Shown here one piece after another: positions 43,934 to 52,905 of a stretch of 64,000 nucleotides of DNA. Both the position numbers and the translations under genes were made by a program. Source of the DNA: a virus (lineage: Duplodnaviria > Heunggongvirae > Uroviricota > Caudoviricetes). The notes beneath the pieces were generated by a model. It was not told the DNA's origin. It saw only the letters and a list, made by a program, of their open reading frames with translations, and did not search any database. The stretch covers positions 17,576 through 81,575 of the IMG/VR virus record IMGVR_UViG_3300037882_000610; one strand, given 5' to 3'. The number at the start of each line of letters is the position of its first letter. The stretch's first letter is position 1.

Positions 43934-44598
43934 AGGCTCCCCTCATTGAAAGCTTCCAACACCATCTCCCGGAGTTCGTCCAAGGTTCCAACGTTGTAGA
44001 TAGTGATGTCGTCAAGACCGAACGAAACTCCGGCCTCGCTTGCATGTGCATTGACGGTTTGAGCGTCTGGACGATATACATGCCAGACTTGCCCACCCAG
44101 AGAGCGAATCATCTCAGCTTCGTTGTCGAAACGAACGTCTGTGACAATCACTGGCACACTCAGACGCAGAATGCTCTCAATCTTGCGCTTGGCAAGCATG
44201 AGCCACAAGTCAGTGTGCACCATCGACCGTCCCCAGTCAGTGCCCAGCATCTGGAGCAGTTGTCGAGGGCTCTTGCCCAGCCAGTCCAGAACCTCTTCCT
44301 TGAGGCTGCCATTGACGTGTTCGTCCGTCAATTGTAGCATAGTTTTGAGGCCTGTCTTCAAAGGCTCCGCAAAAGATACGGAAGCAATCGCCCTGCCCTC
44401 TGAGAGCATGGATGCTACTGTGTCCTTACCTGAGCGTGCCTTGCCAGTAAGGCCAATCAAACGTGCAGGAGCGGCTACCTCTTGTGTACTCGGTGCTACT
44501 GGCTTCCACTTCAGGAAGTCCTCTGTCTTTACTTCGACGACGGTCTTAGCAAGACCAGGGGCGTAAAGCCGACCTTGATCCGCAACTTCTGGAACCAT
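43930..44598 (-). CDS. deoxynucleoside monophosphate kinase (T4 gp1-like)
   Basis: P-loop GLTGKARSGKDT, TDVRFDNEAEMIRSLGG. Confidence 0.6.
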   Translation of the reverse strand: MVPEVADQGRLYAPGLAKTVVEVKTEDFLKWKPVAPSTQEVAAPARLIGLTGKARSGKDTVASMLSEGRAIASVSFAEPLKTGLKTMLQLTDEHVNGSLKEEVLDWLGKSPRQLLQMLGTDWGRSMVHTDLWLMLAKRKIESILRLSVPVIVTDVRFDNEAEMIRSLGGQVWHVYRPDAQTVNAHASEAGVSFGLDDITIYNVGTLDELREMVLEAFNEGSL

Positions 44599-45131
44599 GT
44601 TCCCTCCTTAGTAATTTCAGCATGCCTGTCAAGGTACGCAAGTCGAGCCATCCAGATAGGCAAGCGCCTGATCTTCAGATTCGGGTATGGTTCATATCCA
44701 GGCCACTCCACAGGCGGCTGGCCTGGAGCTGGCTTGGGCATGACTGCCGGCTTCTCAGTCATCAAGACCCGCATGTCCGCTTCCTTGACGGATGGCGGGA
44801 ACGGGAAGCGAATGCCTGTGTTCTTGGCAATAGCTGTCTCAACGTGGAACTCGCGACACTTGTAGTCGGGCAGCAGGCGCTTCAAGGGGCTAGACACATC
44901 CCCAAGGTAGGCTTCTGAGTCGTCGTGGTGGAGTCCTTCAAGAGCATCCTCTTCAGGCACCATGTAGCTCACATACACCGCATGCTGAGACACAGGGTAG
45001 AACCACTTGCAGTGGCCTGTGTATCGGCAAATGTGAGAAAGGGCATGAGCCCTCTCTTTCAGTGGATAGCTGTGACGCTCAGGCTCTTCGAACTCGAAGT
45101 AGTAGCCCTCGCTTGTGAGGATATGACTCAC
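44529..45131 (-). CDS. HD-domain 5'-deoxynucleotidase (YfbR-like)
   Basis: H...HICRYTGH ... HHDDSEAYLGDV (HD motif). Confidence 0.55.
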   Translation of the reverse strand: MSHILTSEGYYFEFEEPERHSYPLKERAHALSHICRYTGHCKWFYPVSQHAVYVSYMVPEEDALEGLHHDDSEAYLGDVSSPLKRLLPDYKCREFHVETAIAKNTGIRFPFPPSVKEADMRVLMTEKPAVMPKPAPGQPPVEWPGYEPYPNLKIRRLPIWMARLAYLDRHAEITKEGTWFQKLRIKVGFTPLVLLRPSSK

Positions 45132-45460
45132 CAGAAGTCCGTGTAGTTGCCGGATTCGACAGCCTCGTACAGGTCATTCAAGTCCCTGAACAGAGCCACG
45201 CTCCTGTTGTTGCGGAAGTGGCCTTCCAAGGCGTTGCCTTCGGCATCAACGGGCACCATGTACGCTCCGATGGAGCCTCCATTGATGAGGAAGTTCAGTT
45301 CGAATCGCTTCTCACCGAGAACCAGAATGTCCCCTGGCCGTTCCAACTTCCGCACATCGGTGACGGTCTGGGCTTCCTTCAGCCAACGTTGGGCGTTCCT
45401 GTATCCTTCGCTCATCTCAACCTCCTTGAACTCGTGCACGAATGGTGGCGAAATTCTCAT
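45128..45460 (-). CDS. hypothetical protein (110 aa)
   Basis: ORF track. Confidence 0.35.
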   Translation of the reverse strand: MRISPPFVHEFKEVEMSEGYRNAQRWLKEAQTVTDVRKLERPGDILVLGEKRFELNFLINGGSIGAYMVPVDAEGNALEGHFRNNRSVALFRDLNDLYEAVESGNYTDFW

Positions 45461-47003
45461 TGATGAGAATCTTGCCGTCCTTGAAGACTGTCTGAAGCAG
45501 ACTGCTATCTTCTTCCTCAGGCGTCACTTGGTCACTCTGCTTCAGTGTGCCGTCAGCCCCCCTGTAGACGCAGATCAGACCACGGGCAGACTTCTTGGTG
45601 CCGTCATCCGTCTTCGGGTCTTTGAACAACTCCAGGCCCTTGCCATCGACAACAGCATACGTGGCCTTGATTGCCATGCCCAGCGTGTCACGGCTGACCA
45701 TCTGATACGTGTAGCTGCCCACACCGAACACGACATTGCTGGAGGCGAAGCCCTTCTCTTGCAAGCGACGGAAGATTTCGTCCGCACGCTCCAGAGTGAT
45801 GGAGTCACCGTAGATCAGGCCGATGCTCGGGTCCAGCAGCTTGTAGCCGTTGGCGTTGAGCGTACCACCGAACTCATCGTACAGCACTTGAATGCTGCCC
45901 TTCACTTCTTCTTCAGTGATCGGCTTGAGATGGAAGTCATGGATAGCCGGGGCGTTCCATTGCTCCTTGACAAAGATGCCTTGCGAGGATCGGACAATCT
46001 CATCCTCACGGTAGCCGCAGATGACTCGCACGGGGTCGCCAGAGTCGGGACGCACCACAACCTTGCCCGGCAGCACACCGAGAGCAGGACGTGCACGAAT
46101 CTCGTCCTTGAGAGCCGGCAGGTACTTGGTCAGCACTTGCCAGTAGTCGAGCGTATCGCTGACGACAGACACGATGCCAGCCGGGTAGTCCTTGGTGATC
46201 CAACGCTTGATGGTCTCCAGCTCGCCATCCACAGCGATGCCCAGAGAGGTCACGCTGTGCTCAGAGGCCGGGACAGACGCTGCAATGAACGTGCCTTGTG
46301 GTGAGCCACCGTAGAGCTGGTCGATGTAGTCGAGGGCAGCCACAGTGTCAGTGCCGCAGTGGCCTGCCAGCAAGTGGGCGAAGCCTGACATTGCAGCAGC
46401 GTGCCGACCGAACATGCCACGAGCAGAGAAGTCGTGGAACTGGAAAACCAAGTGATCCAGATTGGCACAAGTCTCCAGGCCGAAGCGCTTGCCCAGCAGG
46501 TAGAACTGGTAGGCGACAGTCGCGTTGGTGACGATAGGCCACACTTCTTGCGACAGCACAGTCTCCAGATATGTCACCAGCCATGCGAAGCGGGGGTCCG
46601 TGTTCGTGACGGTCAGGAATGCCACCTTCAGGGGCACCTTGGAGCCCTCAGGCAAGGCCTTCAGCTCGATAGGCAGGTAGCCCAGCTTGTGCAGCTCTTG
46701 GAAGTGCTCCATGCTGACGGAGCCAGCGCCCAGGTAGCCTTCGACACGGGCCTTCCACTCGGCAATCACGGTCTTGAACGGACGCTTGAAGAAAGTGTCG
46801 TTCCACTCACCAATCAGGACATTCTTGATGAATGCCTGAACACCCGCCACGATGACGAGATGTTCACCCGGACCCCACTTGGCGTACTTGCCAGAGCGGG
46901 CCGTGAAGTTGGCGTAGATTTGCGTGGTGCCGTCAGCCATGAACTTCTTGTGGCTCAGCTTGTAGGCGTCGGTCTGGGCGGTTGCAACGGGGGTGTAACT
47001 CAT
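45417..47003 (-). CDS. nicotinamide phosphoribosyltransferase-family enzyme (NadV/Namat-like)
   Basis: 528 aa, NAMPT-type fold signatures (DAYKLSH, FGRHAAAMSGFAH, SVPASEHSV, GDSITLERA). Confidence 0.75.
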   Translation of the reverse strand: MSYTPVATAQTDAYKLSHKKFMADGTTQIYANFTARSGKYAKWGPGEHLVIVAGVQAFIKNVLIGEWNDTFFKRPFKTVIAEWKARVEGYLGAGSVSMEHFQELHKLGYLPIELKALPEGSKVPLKVAFLTVTNTDPRFAWLVTYLETVLSQEVWPIVTNATVAYQFYLLGKRFGLETCANLDHLVFQFHDFSARGMFGRHAAAMSGFAHLLAGHCGTDTVAALDYIDQLYGGSPQGTFIAASVPASEHSVTSLGIAVDGELETIKRWITKDYPAGIVSVVSDTLDYWQVLTKYLPALKDEIRARPALGVLPGKVVVRPDSGDPVRVICGYREDEIVRSSQGIFVKEQWNAPAIHDFHLKPITEEEVKGSIQVLYDEFGGTLNANGYKLLDPSIGLIYGDSITLERADEIFRRLQEKGFASSNVVFGVGSYTYQMVSRDTLGMAIKATYAVVDGKGLELFKDPKTDDGTKKSARGLICVYRGADGTLKQSDQVTPEEEDSSLLQTVFKDGKILINENFATIRARVQGG

Positions 47004-47012
47004 GTTCTCTCC

Positions 47013-47852
47013 TTAGATTTGTTCCACGTACTGGCTGAATTGCTTCTTAGCCTCTGGACGCAGATTGTACACGAAGATGCGATCAAACAGATCATTCAGC
47101 TCCACGAATTTTTCGGGATTGGTGAACATCCCGTGTGTCACGTACAAGCACAACTCAGCCGGCTCGAACTCGCGTGCAACCCTGCCCAGCTCAAGGAAGG
47201 TAGCTCCACCATCGCAGAGGTCGTCCACGATGCAGACAGTCTTGCCAGTCAGCCTGCCACCATAGGGCAGCACTGTCTTGGTGATCTTGCCTTCAGGGCT
47301 GCGGACCTTCGATGCACAGATGACTTCCGTTCCCAAGGCCACTTGATTGTGCTTGAAGATTTTCTTCTCAGCACCAGCGTCAGGAGCCAGCAGCACGTCG
47401 AACTTGGGCAGCTCCCTTGCACACTTTTCTTGCGGATAGGGAGCCAAGCGATCCAGCAACGCCTCCAGCACAGTCGAGTGGGCGTCATCAACGCACACGT
47501 ACTTGAAGTTGAGCTGGTTGATGAATTGGCAGGCAATCTTGAGGGCGTGACCTTCTCCCAGATTCGCACGACGGTCCTGCCGTGCATACGGGAAGTAGGG
47601 AATCCAAGCTGAGATTGCCACGTCGAGGTTGACAGCGCGGATAGCGTCCACTAGCTGTGCTAGAGCGAACAGGTCGTCGTTGCTTGAGAACTCAACCTTG
47701 ATTCCCACTTCAGTCAGCTTGGGGCTGGCGAGATTGGCGAGGATTTCGGTTGTGAGCTGCACGCCCACTTCTCCGCAAGGGAACTTCCACACCTTGGGAT
47801 CGTAGAACTCGGCTGCATCGTTTGTGAAGCCCTTGAATGCGATCTTCAGCAT
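47013..47852 (-). CDS. ribose-phosphate pyrophosphokinase-family enzyme (Prs/Adps-like)
   Basis: PYFPYARQDRR flag region and PRPP-binding loop CIVDDLCDGGATF. Start at internal MLKIAFKG with GGAG. Confidence 0.7.
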   Translation of the reverse strand: MLKIAFKGFTNDAAEFYDPKVWKFPCGEVGVQLTTEILANLASPKLTEVGIKVEFSSNDDLFALAQLVDAIRAVNLDVAISAWIPYFPYARQDRRANLGEGHALKIACQFINQLNFKYVCVDDAHSTVLEALLDRLAPYPQEKCARELPKFDVLLAPDAGAEKKIFKHNQVALGTEVICASKVRSPEGKITKTVLPYGGRLTGKTVCIVDDLCDGGATFLELGRVAREFEPAELCLYVTHGMFTNPEKFVELNDLFDRIFVYNLRPEAKKQFSQYVEQI

Positions 47853-48190
47853 TTGCGAATCTCCACGTCGCCAGAGCCGACTTTGCCGACCCAGATGAAT
47901 TGGACTTCGCCCAGCTCGGAACGAATCTCGAATGTCGTCGTCCACTCACCTTCGTGGTAGGACGTGGCAGCGTAGCCGCCTGTGATGCGGGTGTTGAGCA
48001 CGCTGGTCAGGTCGCCAGTGACTTCAACCAAGCGACTGTGGCCTGAGCTGCTGTCAATGATGACATCAGGGCTGAGAGCATCCTTCGTGTTCAGGACAAC
48101 GAAGTCCCGATTCACGTCATCTCCCATCTCCACGCTCATGCCTTCGATTTCAACGCCAGCTACCCAGTAGCCAAAGTCATTGTAGTTCAC
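47846..48190 (-). CDS. hypothetical protein (114 aa)
   Basis: ORF track. Confidence 0.35.
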   Translation of the reverse strand: MNYNDFGYWVAGVEIEGMSVEMGDDVNRDFVVLNTKDALSPDVIIDSSSGHSRLVEVTGDLTSVLNTRITGGYAATSYHEGEWTTTFEIRSELGEVQFIWVGKVGSGDVEIRKC

Positions 48191-48542
48191 TAAGCAACTC
48201 CTTCATTTGTTGATTGAATGACTGGATGGCCCAGCCGATCTTTGCACCTGTCAAGTCGGTGTAGCCTTTTTCATGCAACCACTTCAGCAGGACAGGGGCG
48301 CTGATCCTGTAGTAGTAGATGCGACCTTCTGACCTGACGAAGCGCTTGTGAGGAAAGTCCTCGGGGAACTTCGTCACATACGGAAAGGCCACTATAACAT
48401 TGTTCGCACCAAGAAGATAGGCATCCAGACAAGCTTTTTCAAGCTTCACGTAGTCTTTTCGCCTCATGCTCCTCAGGGTTGCGAGGTAAGCCTTGGTAGG
48501 CCTGCCTCGTAAACGCTCTTTCTCAGTTCTGAGATTTTCCAT
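48177..48542 (-). CDS. hypothetical protein (121 aa)
   Basis: ORF track. Confidence 0.35.
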   Translation of the reverse strand: MENLRTEKERLRGRPTKAYLATLRSMRRKDYVKLEKACLDAYLLGANNVIVAFPYVTKFPEDFPHKRFVRSEGRIYYYRISAPVLLKWLHEKGYTDLTGAKIGWAIQSFNQQMKELLSELQ

Positions 48543-48984
48543 GCACCTCCAAGTATTGGACTGCTCTTCTTACCAACATCAAGTCGTCTCTGAAAAAGCC
48601 AAGGCCTCGATTGCAAGTGTTGCATAGCAGCCCACGAACCCTGTCAGTCTCGTGGCAATGATCCACGGCAAAGGACATACGCTTGCGTGGGGTGTTGCCC
48701 TCTCCTGCTGGATTCTTGGTTCTGCATATGTCACAAGCAGAGCCTTGCTGCTCTAGCATGGCTTCATAAGCTTCTACAGTTAGCCCGAATGTTTTAGACA
48801 AGTGTCTTCGTCTGTTACCCAACCAAGTACCGGGGCTGTTTGCTCTGGCACTTTTCCGAGCTGCATCGTCGCAAGGCTTACACCTATACCCTTTACCATC
48901 TTTGGAACTTTTGCTGTTGTAGAACGCCTCCAGAGGTTTCAGTTCCTTGCATGTACCGCACTTCTTCAATGACAGTCCCGCCAA
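48523..48984 (-). CDS. endonuclease VII family protein (second copy)
   Basis: CGTCKE...CKPCD...CDICR...VDHCHETDRVRGLLCNTCNRGLGFF. Confidence 0.7.
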   Translation of the reverse strand: MAGLSLKKCGTCKELKPLEAFYNSKSSKDGKGYRCKPCDDAARKSARANSPGTWLGNRRRHLSKTFGLTVEAYEAMLEQQGSACDICRTKNPAGEGNTPRKRMSFAVDHCHETDRVRGLLCNTCNRGLGFFRDDLMLVRRAVQYLEVHGKSQN

Positions 48985-51389
48985 TTCAAACCTAAGATGT
49001 AGTCAGCGGCAAGGGTGACATTCAATTTGTAGTAGCGGCTAGTCTCTACCACAGCTTCTTGGATGGCTCGTCCAGCTTCACACCAGCCTATGAAGTAGCC
49101 CTTTGCAGAGTGTCCAATTTCGGACCAACCCGGATTGTCATTCTTGAACTCTCTGGCTTCTTCCTCTGTCTTAAACATCTTCCACTTGACCAGAGACTTG
49201 TGCATCTCAAGCTGTGCTTCGTCGTGGTACGCAATCAGTTGCTGGACGAACTTCGCATTCTTCCAGTCATCCTTGAAGAAGTCAACGTACAGCCCAGCAG
49301 CCTTCAGCTTCTGCTCATGCAGCACCATAGCACGCTTGGCACAGATAACACCAGCAGATTGGAATAGGCTGTTGATGAGAGCAGAAGCCGAACGAGTCGG
49401 AATCTTGCGGCCATCAAGCCCGAGGATAAACTTCTTACCACCTGTAGTCTCCCAGTAATACTTCAGCTTCTCACCAAGCAACGCCAGAGGCTTTGCCGCT
49501 TCCCAGTAGGCCTTGTGGATCAGCGTTCCAATTTCAACGCTACATCCCACAGTCTTCGCAACTCGTGCAGGCTGGGCACCATAGGCACATGCGTACTTGA
49601 CTGGCTTAGCTGCTCCCCGAGTGAACGGGAAGGCCTTGCCAATAGCCTCAGCAACCATCGTCTCGATGAGCTTGGCTGTCTTGGTGTGCACGTCATTGGG
49701 CTTCTCCTGTGTGAGCGAGTTGCAATATGGCTTGCCCTCTTCCGTGTCGTACTTCCAGCAGTAGTGCGACTCGATCATTGCCTCCAGAGAGGCGAAGTCG
49801 TAGCCCATCTGCACGAAGCCTTCGGCCACGTCCACACCGAACTGTGCTCGCATCTTATCACCGTACAGCGACGTGATGCGAGGAACATTGGCTACGAGGC
49901 GATGCTTGAAACGAGAAGTACCAGCACCACAGGAGTCAGCAGGAGTAGGAATACGGCCATCGACGGAGATACGCTCGGCAGCCAGGAAGCCTTTGCCAGC
50001 GAACTCATCATCGTCGTCAATCTCGTCAGGATCATAGCCACCTCCAAGAATGCTGTTACGTCGATGGGAGTACGTCAGGTACTCGCTCACCAACTTGGCA
50101 TGCGGGAACAAGTCCGCAAGCTTCAGAAGTTGCGGGTCGATTTCCTTTTCCATCCCAACCGTGATAGTCGGGTTCGTGTAGACCTTCAGCGGACGCTTCA
50201 TGTCCCACCTCAGGAGCTTTTCTCGGAGCCGGGAAGGGCGTACCCCCAACTCTTCGCAACGATGGTCTCTGAAGGGGCTAGAGAGGGTCTGTTCGACATA
50301 CCTCTCAACCGTCTCCTCGAACTTCTCTTGCGTCAGCTTCTGCTTCTTCGTGTTGACCGTGAGGTCACGTTCCTTGTACTGGCTTGGTTGCCAGCCCAGC
50401 TCCACCAGCCAACCCTTGATGTGGGTCGTGTCCTTGATAGCCGCAGGCTCATGGGTCTTGATTGGCGTGTCGCCCAAAGGCAGCTTCCATTCATTCCCAT
50501 AGGCCTTCAAATACCAGCCATCGTCTCGTTGCTCCAGAGCCCCTTCGTGCTTGTTGGCAAAGTTTACCATGTGCACACTCGGCGTGCCATCCTTCTTGAA
50601 TGGCTTCGCAGGGCCTTGGTACTCCTTCAGCTTCGTCTTGCCCATCAGCTTTGGAGGAAGCGTAGGTTCGACGATAGCACGAAGCTCTTCCATCAGCTTG
50701 TCCAGCTCTCGAACGTTGGCCTGCGCCAACAGAGCATCGAACCAGAAACCTCTGTGGCTCTGACGAGTCACAATGTCACGCACTTGCTGCTCTAGGCAAA
50801 TAGGATTCGCCCAGGGCCAGTCTCCAATCTCCTCCAGCAACGCCCAGTACAGCTTGACGTTCACGCCGCAGTCACGGTCATTGTAGTCCAGCATCTTGGG
50901 ATGGTATTGACCAAACTCGGCTCCCTTAGGTGCATGGGTCTCAATCAAGCCCAGAGCCATAGCTTCTGAACGCCAGTCGATCTTCTCGTAGCCTAGGCGC
51001 TTGCCCCACTCATCCAGACTGTGCCCGCCATAACGGTCAGGGTTCAGGCACTTCGACCACACAAGCGTGTCAATGATTTCTACGGGGTTGCCGTCGATGT
51101 AGCACTGCTCGCCGATAACGTAGTCGATGCCGAAGACGAGCTTCAGTACCAACAAGTCATAGTCGATGATGTTGTGGCCGATGATGACCTTGAGCTTGCG
51201 AAACATGGGCAGAAAGCCGTTACGCAGCTCTTCCATACCCGCAAAGCGATAAACCGCCCCGGTGTCGATGTCGTGAATGACAGCGCACCAGAGGCGGAAA
51301 GTCGGCTTGATAGTGAATGGGGCAGTTAGGTAGTCGATTGTTGTGTGATCTAGAAGACCATTGCCTTCTAAGTCAAATACTCCCCGCAT
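48966..51389 (-). CDS. DNA polymerase, family A with 3'-5' exonuclease
   Basis: N-terminal FDLEGNG (Exo I), palm motifs R...K...YG..YG (KPVKYACAYGAQP); 807 aa. Confidence 0.85.
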   Translation of the reverse strand: MRGVFDLEGNGLLDHTTIDYLTAPFTIKPTFRLWCAVIHDIDTGAVYRFAGMEELRNGFLPMFRKLKVIIGHNIIDYDLLVLKLVFGIDYVIGEQCYIDGNPVEIIDTLVWSKCLNPDRYGGHSLDEWGKRLGYEKIDWRSEAMALGLIETHAPKGAEFGQYHPKMLDYNDRDCGVNVKLYWALLEEIGDWPWANPICLEQQVRDIVTRQSHRGFWFDALLAQANVRELDKLMEELRAIVEPTLPPKLMGKTKLKEYQGPAKPFKKDGTPSVHMVNFANKHEGALEQRDDGWYLKAYGNEWKLPLGDTPIKTHEPAAIKDTTHIKGWLVELGWQPSQYKERDLTVNTKKQKLTQEKFEETVERYVEQTLSSPFRDHRCEELGVRPSRLREKLLRWDMKRPLKVYTNPTITVGMEKEIDPQLLKLADLFPHAKLVSEYLTYSHRRNSILGGGYDPDEIDDDDEFAGKGFLAAERISVDGRIPTPADSCGAGTSRFKHRLVANVPRITSLYGDKMRAQFGVDVAEGFVQMGYDFASLEAMIESHYCWKYDTEEGKPYCNSLTQEKPNDVHTKTAKLIETMVAEAIGKAFPFTRGAAKPVKYACAYGAQPARVAKTVGCSVEIGTLIHKAYWEAAKPLALLGEKLKYYWETTGGKKFILGLDGRKIPTRSASALINSLFQSAGVICAKRAMVLHEQKLKAAGLYVDFFKDDWKNAKFVQQLIAYHDEAQLEMHKSLVKWKMFKTEEEAREFKNDNPGWSEIGHSAKGYFIGWCEAGRAIQEAVVETSRYYKLNVTLAADYILGLNWRDCH

Positions 51390-51556
51390 GGGTTCCTTTC
51401 AAATGAAATTCTCTAGGGCTTCGTCGTAGCCATCTTGCCAACCTCTTTCGAAGTCATCATGATCTTGCGTCAAGACAGCATAAGGATTTGGCGTGGAAAG
51501 TCCCCTAATGTCGAAGTCATTCTTGCCAGCCTCAAACCCTAACTCATAGGCCGTCT

Positions 51557-51973
51557 TCACGTTGCCAGGACGTTCAAGGTATCCCCGTACTTCCTGACAC
51601 GCTTCATGTCACCACGGAACAAGCTTCTCCGCAGGTTACAGAAAGAGTCAGCCAGCTTCCCCTTGCGGCCAAGTTCGTTGGAACGGCAACGGATGAGGTA
51701 TTCGTGGCGAGTCTCACCTTCTTTATGGGTCATAGACAGAACTGCGTCTACAACTGCCTTCTCAAAGAGAGTTCTCAGAATAGCTTCGGTGCAGTCTGTG
51801 TCCTCCAGGATGTCGTGGAGCTGACCAAGGATACGCACCCGCTCATCTCCAGGGAACATCGCATGCGCAGCCGCTTCCACTTCGTCCAAATGAGTCGTGT
51901 ACGGGTCATCCCCGTACTTCTGGCCTGCGTGGTACTTGGCTGCTAGGTGCCGCGCAAGGTCAAGATCATTCAT
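51557..51973 (-). CDS. RelA/SpoT-type HD domain small alarmone hydrolase
   Basis: KYHAGQKYGDDPYTTHLDEV and LGQLHDILEDT match the (p)ppGpp-hydrolase HD signature (H.GQ.R..G.PY..H...V; HDv.EDT). Confidence 0.55.
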   Translation of the reverse strand: MNDLDLARHLAAKYHAGQKYGDDPYTTHLDEVEAAAHAMFPGDERVRILGQLHDILEDTDCTEAILRTLFEKAVVDAVLSMTHKEGETRHEYLIRCRSNELGRKGKLADSFCNLRRSLFRGDMKRVRKYGDTLNVLAT

Positions 51974-52202
51974 TCTTCTCTCCTACAGGTTCTTGGTCAT
52001 CCACACAGCCTCTGTTGATGGCTTGTTGTGTGGCTTCGTTGTTGAGTCGGATCAATCCGCAATGCCAGCAGCTCCAGAAAGAGCCACCACAAATCTTACG
52101 TCTGAAGTTGTGCTGCGGCTTCCCCTTCGGTTTCTTGTACTTCATCGAGCCAGAAAACGTCCGAGTGGTATGTGTACCCTTCGACCGGAGATTTGTCGCC
52201 AC
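51966..52202 (-). CDS. hypothetical small Cys/His-containing protein
   Basis: ORF track; KICGGSFWSCWHCG. Confidence 0.25.
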   Translation of the reverse strand: MATNLRSKGTHTTRTFSGSMKYKKPKGKPQHNFRRKICGGSFWSCWHCGLIRLNNEATQQAINRGCVDDQEPVGEKNE

Positions 52203-52702
52203 GTGTCTTTAGTGCCACCATCCGCAGGTTCTGCCCCTTCTCCCCACGTGTATGCAAGACAAGCATTGGAGGCTCTAGCGACCTTAGCATTGCGGACGAA
52301 GAATGCGCCCATCCCAGCAGCCTTCGGCTCCGACTCAGCCCTGGCTCCCTGGGCAATTGCATCAAGAATTCTTTGCCTGCCATCAACTCCCGTAGCGTCT
52401 CGAAACATTTCGTGATACCAGTTGCTGGCACTTCCTGAGCTTGCTCGCTCTCCCTCATAGATGCCCTTTGCTGTAAGTGGTGCTGGCAAGTATAGCTGAA
52501 GTTCTTTGAAGAATTCCGGGCAATTGAGGAACAATTCCACAGCCAAATGATCGGCCCAGGCTGCCCCTCCACTTACAAGCTTGTACTCCTTCGATTGATC
52601 GAACCGACCAAGAGCGTCCTCGTACATCGCCTCCCACAGACACATCGTGTAGTGCTTGCCACGGTCCCGCCCCGCAGTCCCGATGATTGCTACGGCACGC
52701 AT
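52142..52702 (-). CDS. SLOG/DUF2493-like Rossmann-fold protein (putative)
   Basis: IIGTAGRD ... VSGGAAWADHLAVE. Confidence 0.3.
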   Translation of the reverse strand: MRAVAIIGTAGRDRGKHYTMCLWEAMYEDALGRFDQSKEYKLVSGGAAWADHLAVELFLNCPEFFKELQLYLPAPLTAKGIYEGERASSGSASNWYHEMFRDATGVDGRQRILDAIAQGARAESEPKAAGMGAFFVRNAKVARASNACLAYTWGEGAEPADGGTKDTWRQISGRRVHIPLGRFLAR

Positions 52703-52905
52703 CTGTCACTCCCGAAGCAGAGAATGTAGTAAGGGTCCGTGTCATACGGGCTCTCATCAAACATCCAGTCGAAGTCACGGCCACAGGCCCTGCATCGGGC
52801 CATGTAGCGAATTTTCCCTTGCTCGTCTTCAGTCTCCCATACACCCGTAGGCAGCAAGTCTTCGTCTAGTTCCACAGCTCCTCCTCTTCCTCTAGCAGTG
52901 CACAA
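52690..52905 (-). CDS. small zinc-ribbon protein (71 aa)
   Basis: CTARG...CRACG...CFGSDRC. Confidence 0.3.
   Translation of the reverse strand: MCTARGRGGAVELDEDLLPTGVWETEDEQGKIRYMARCRACGRDFDWMFDESPYDTDPYYILCFGSDRCVP

Noticed and set aside
45147-47612. Two long + strand ORFs (385 and 403 aa) opposite the NAMPT-like and Prs-like genes
   Set aside because: Antisense to genes with clear enzyme motifs; low-complexity composition.
49515-50795. 426-aa + strand ORF inside DNA polymerase gene
   Set aside because: Antisense shadow; the polymerase frame has exonuclease and palm motifs.
51390-51556. 55-aa GTG-initiated ORF between DNA polymerase and SAH genes
   Set aside because: Weak RBS, overlaps SAH stop, alternative-start only; insufficient support.
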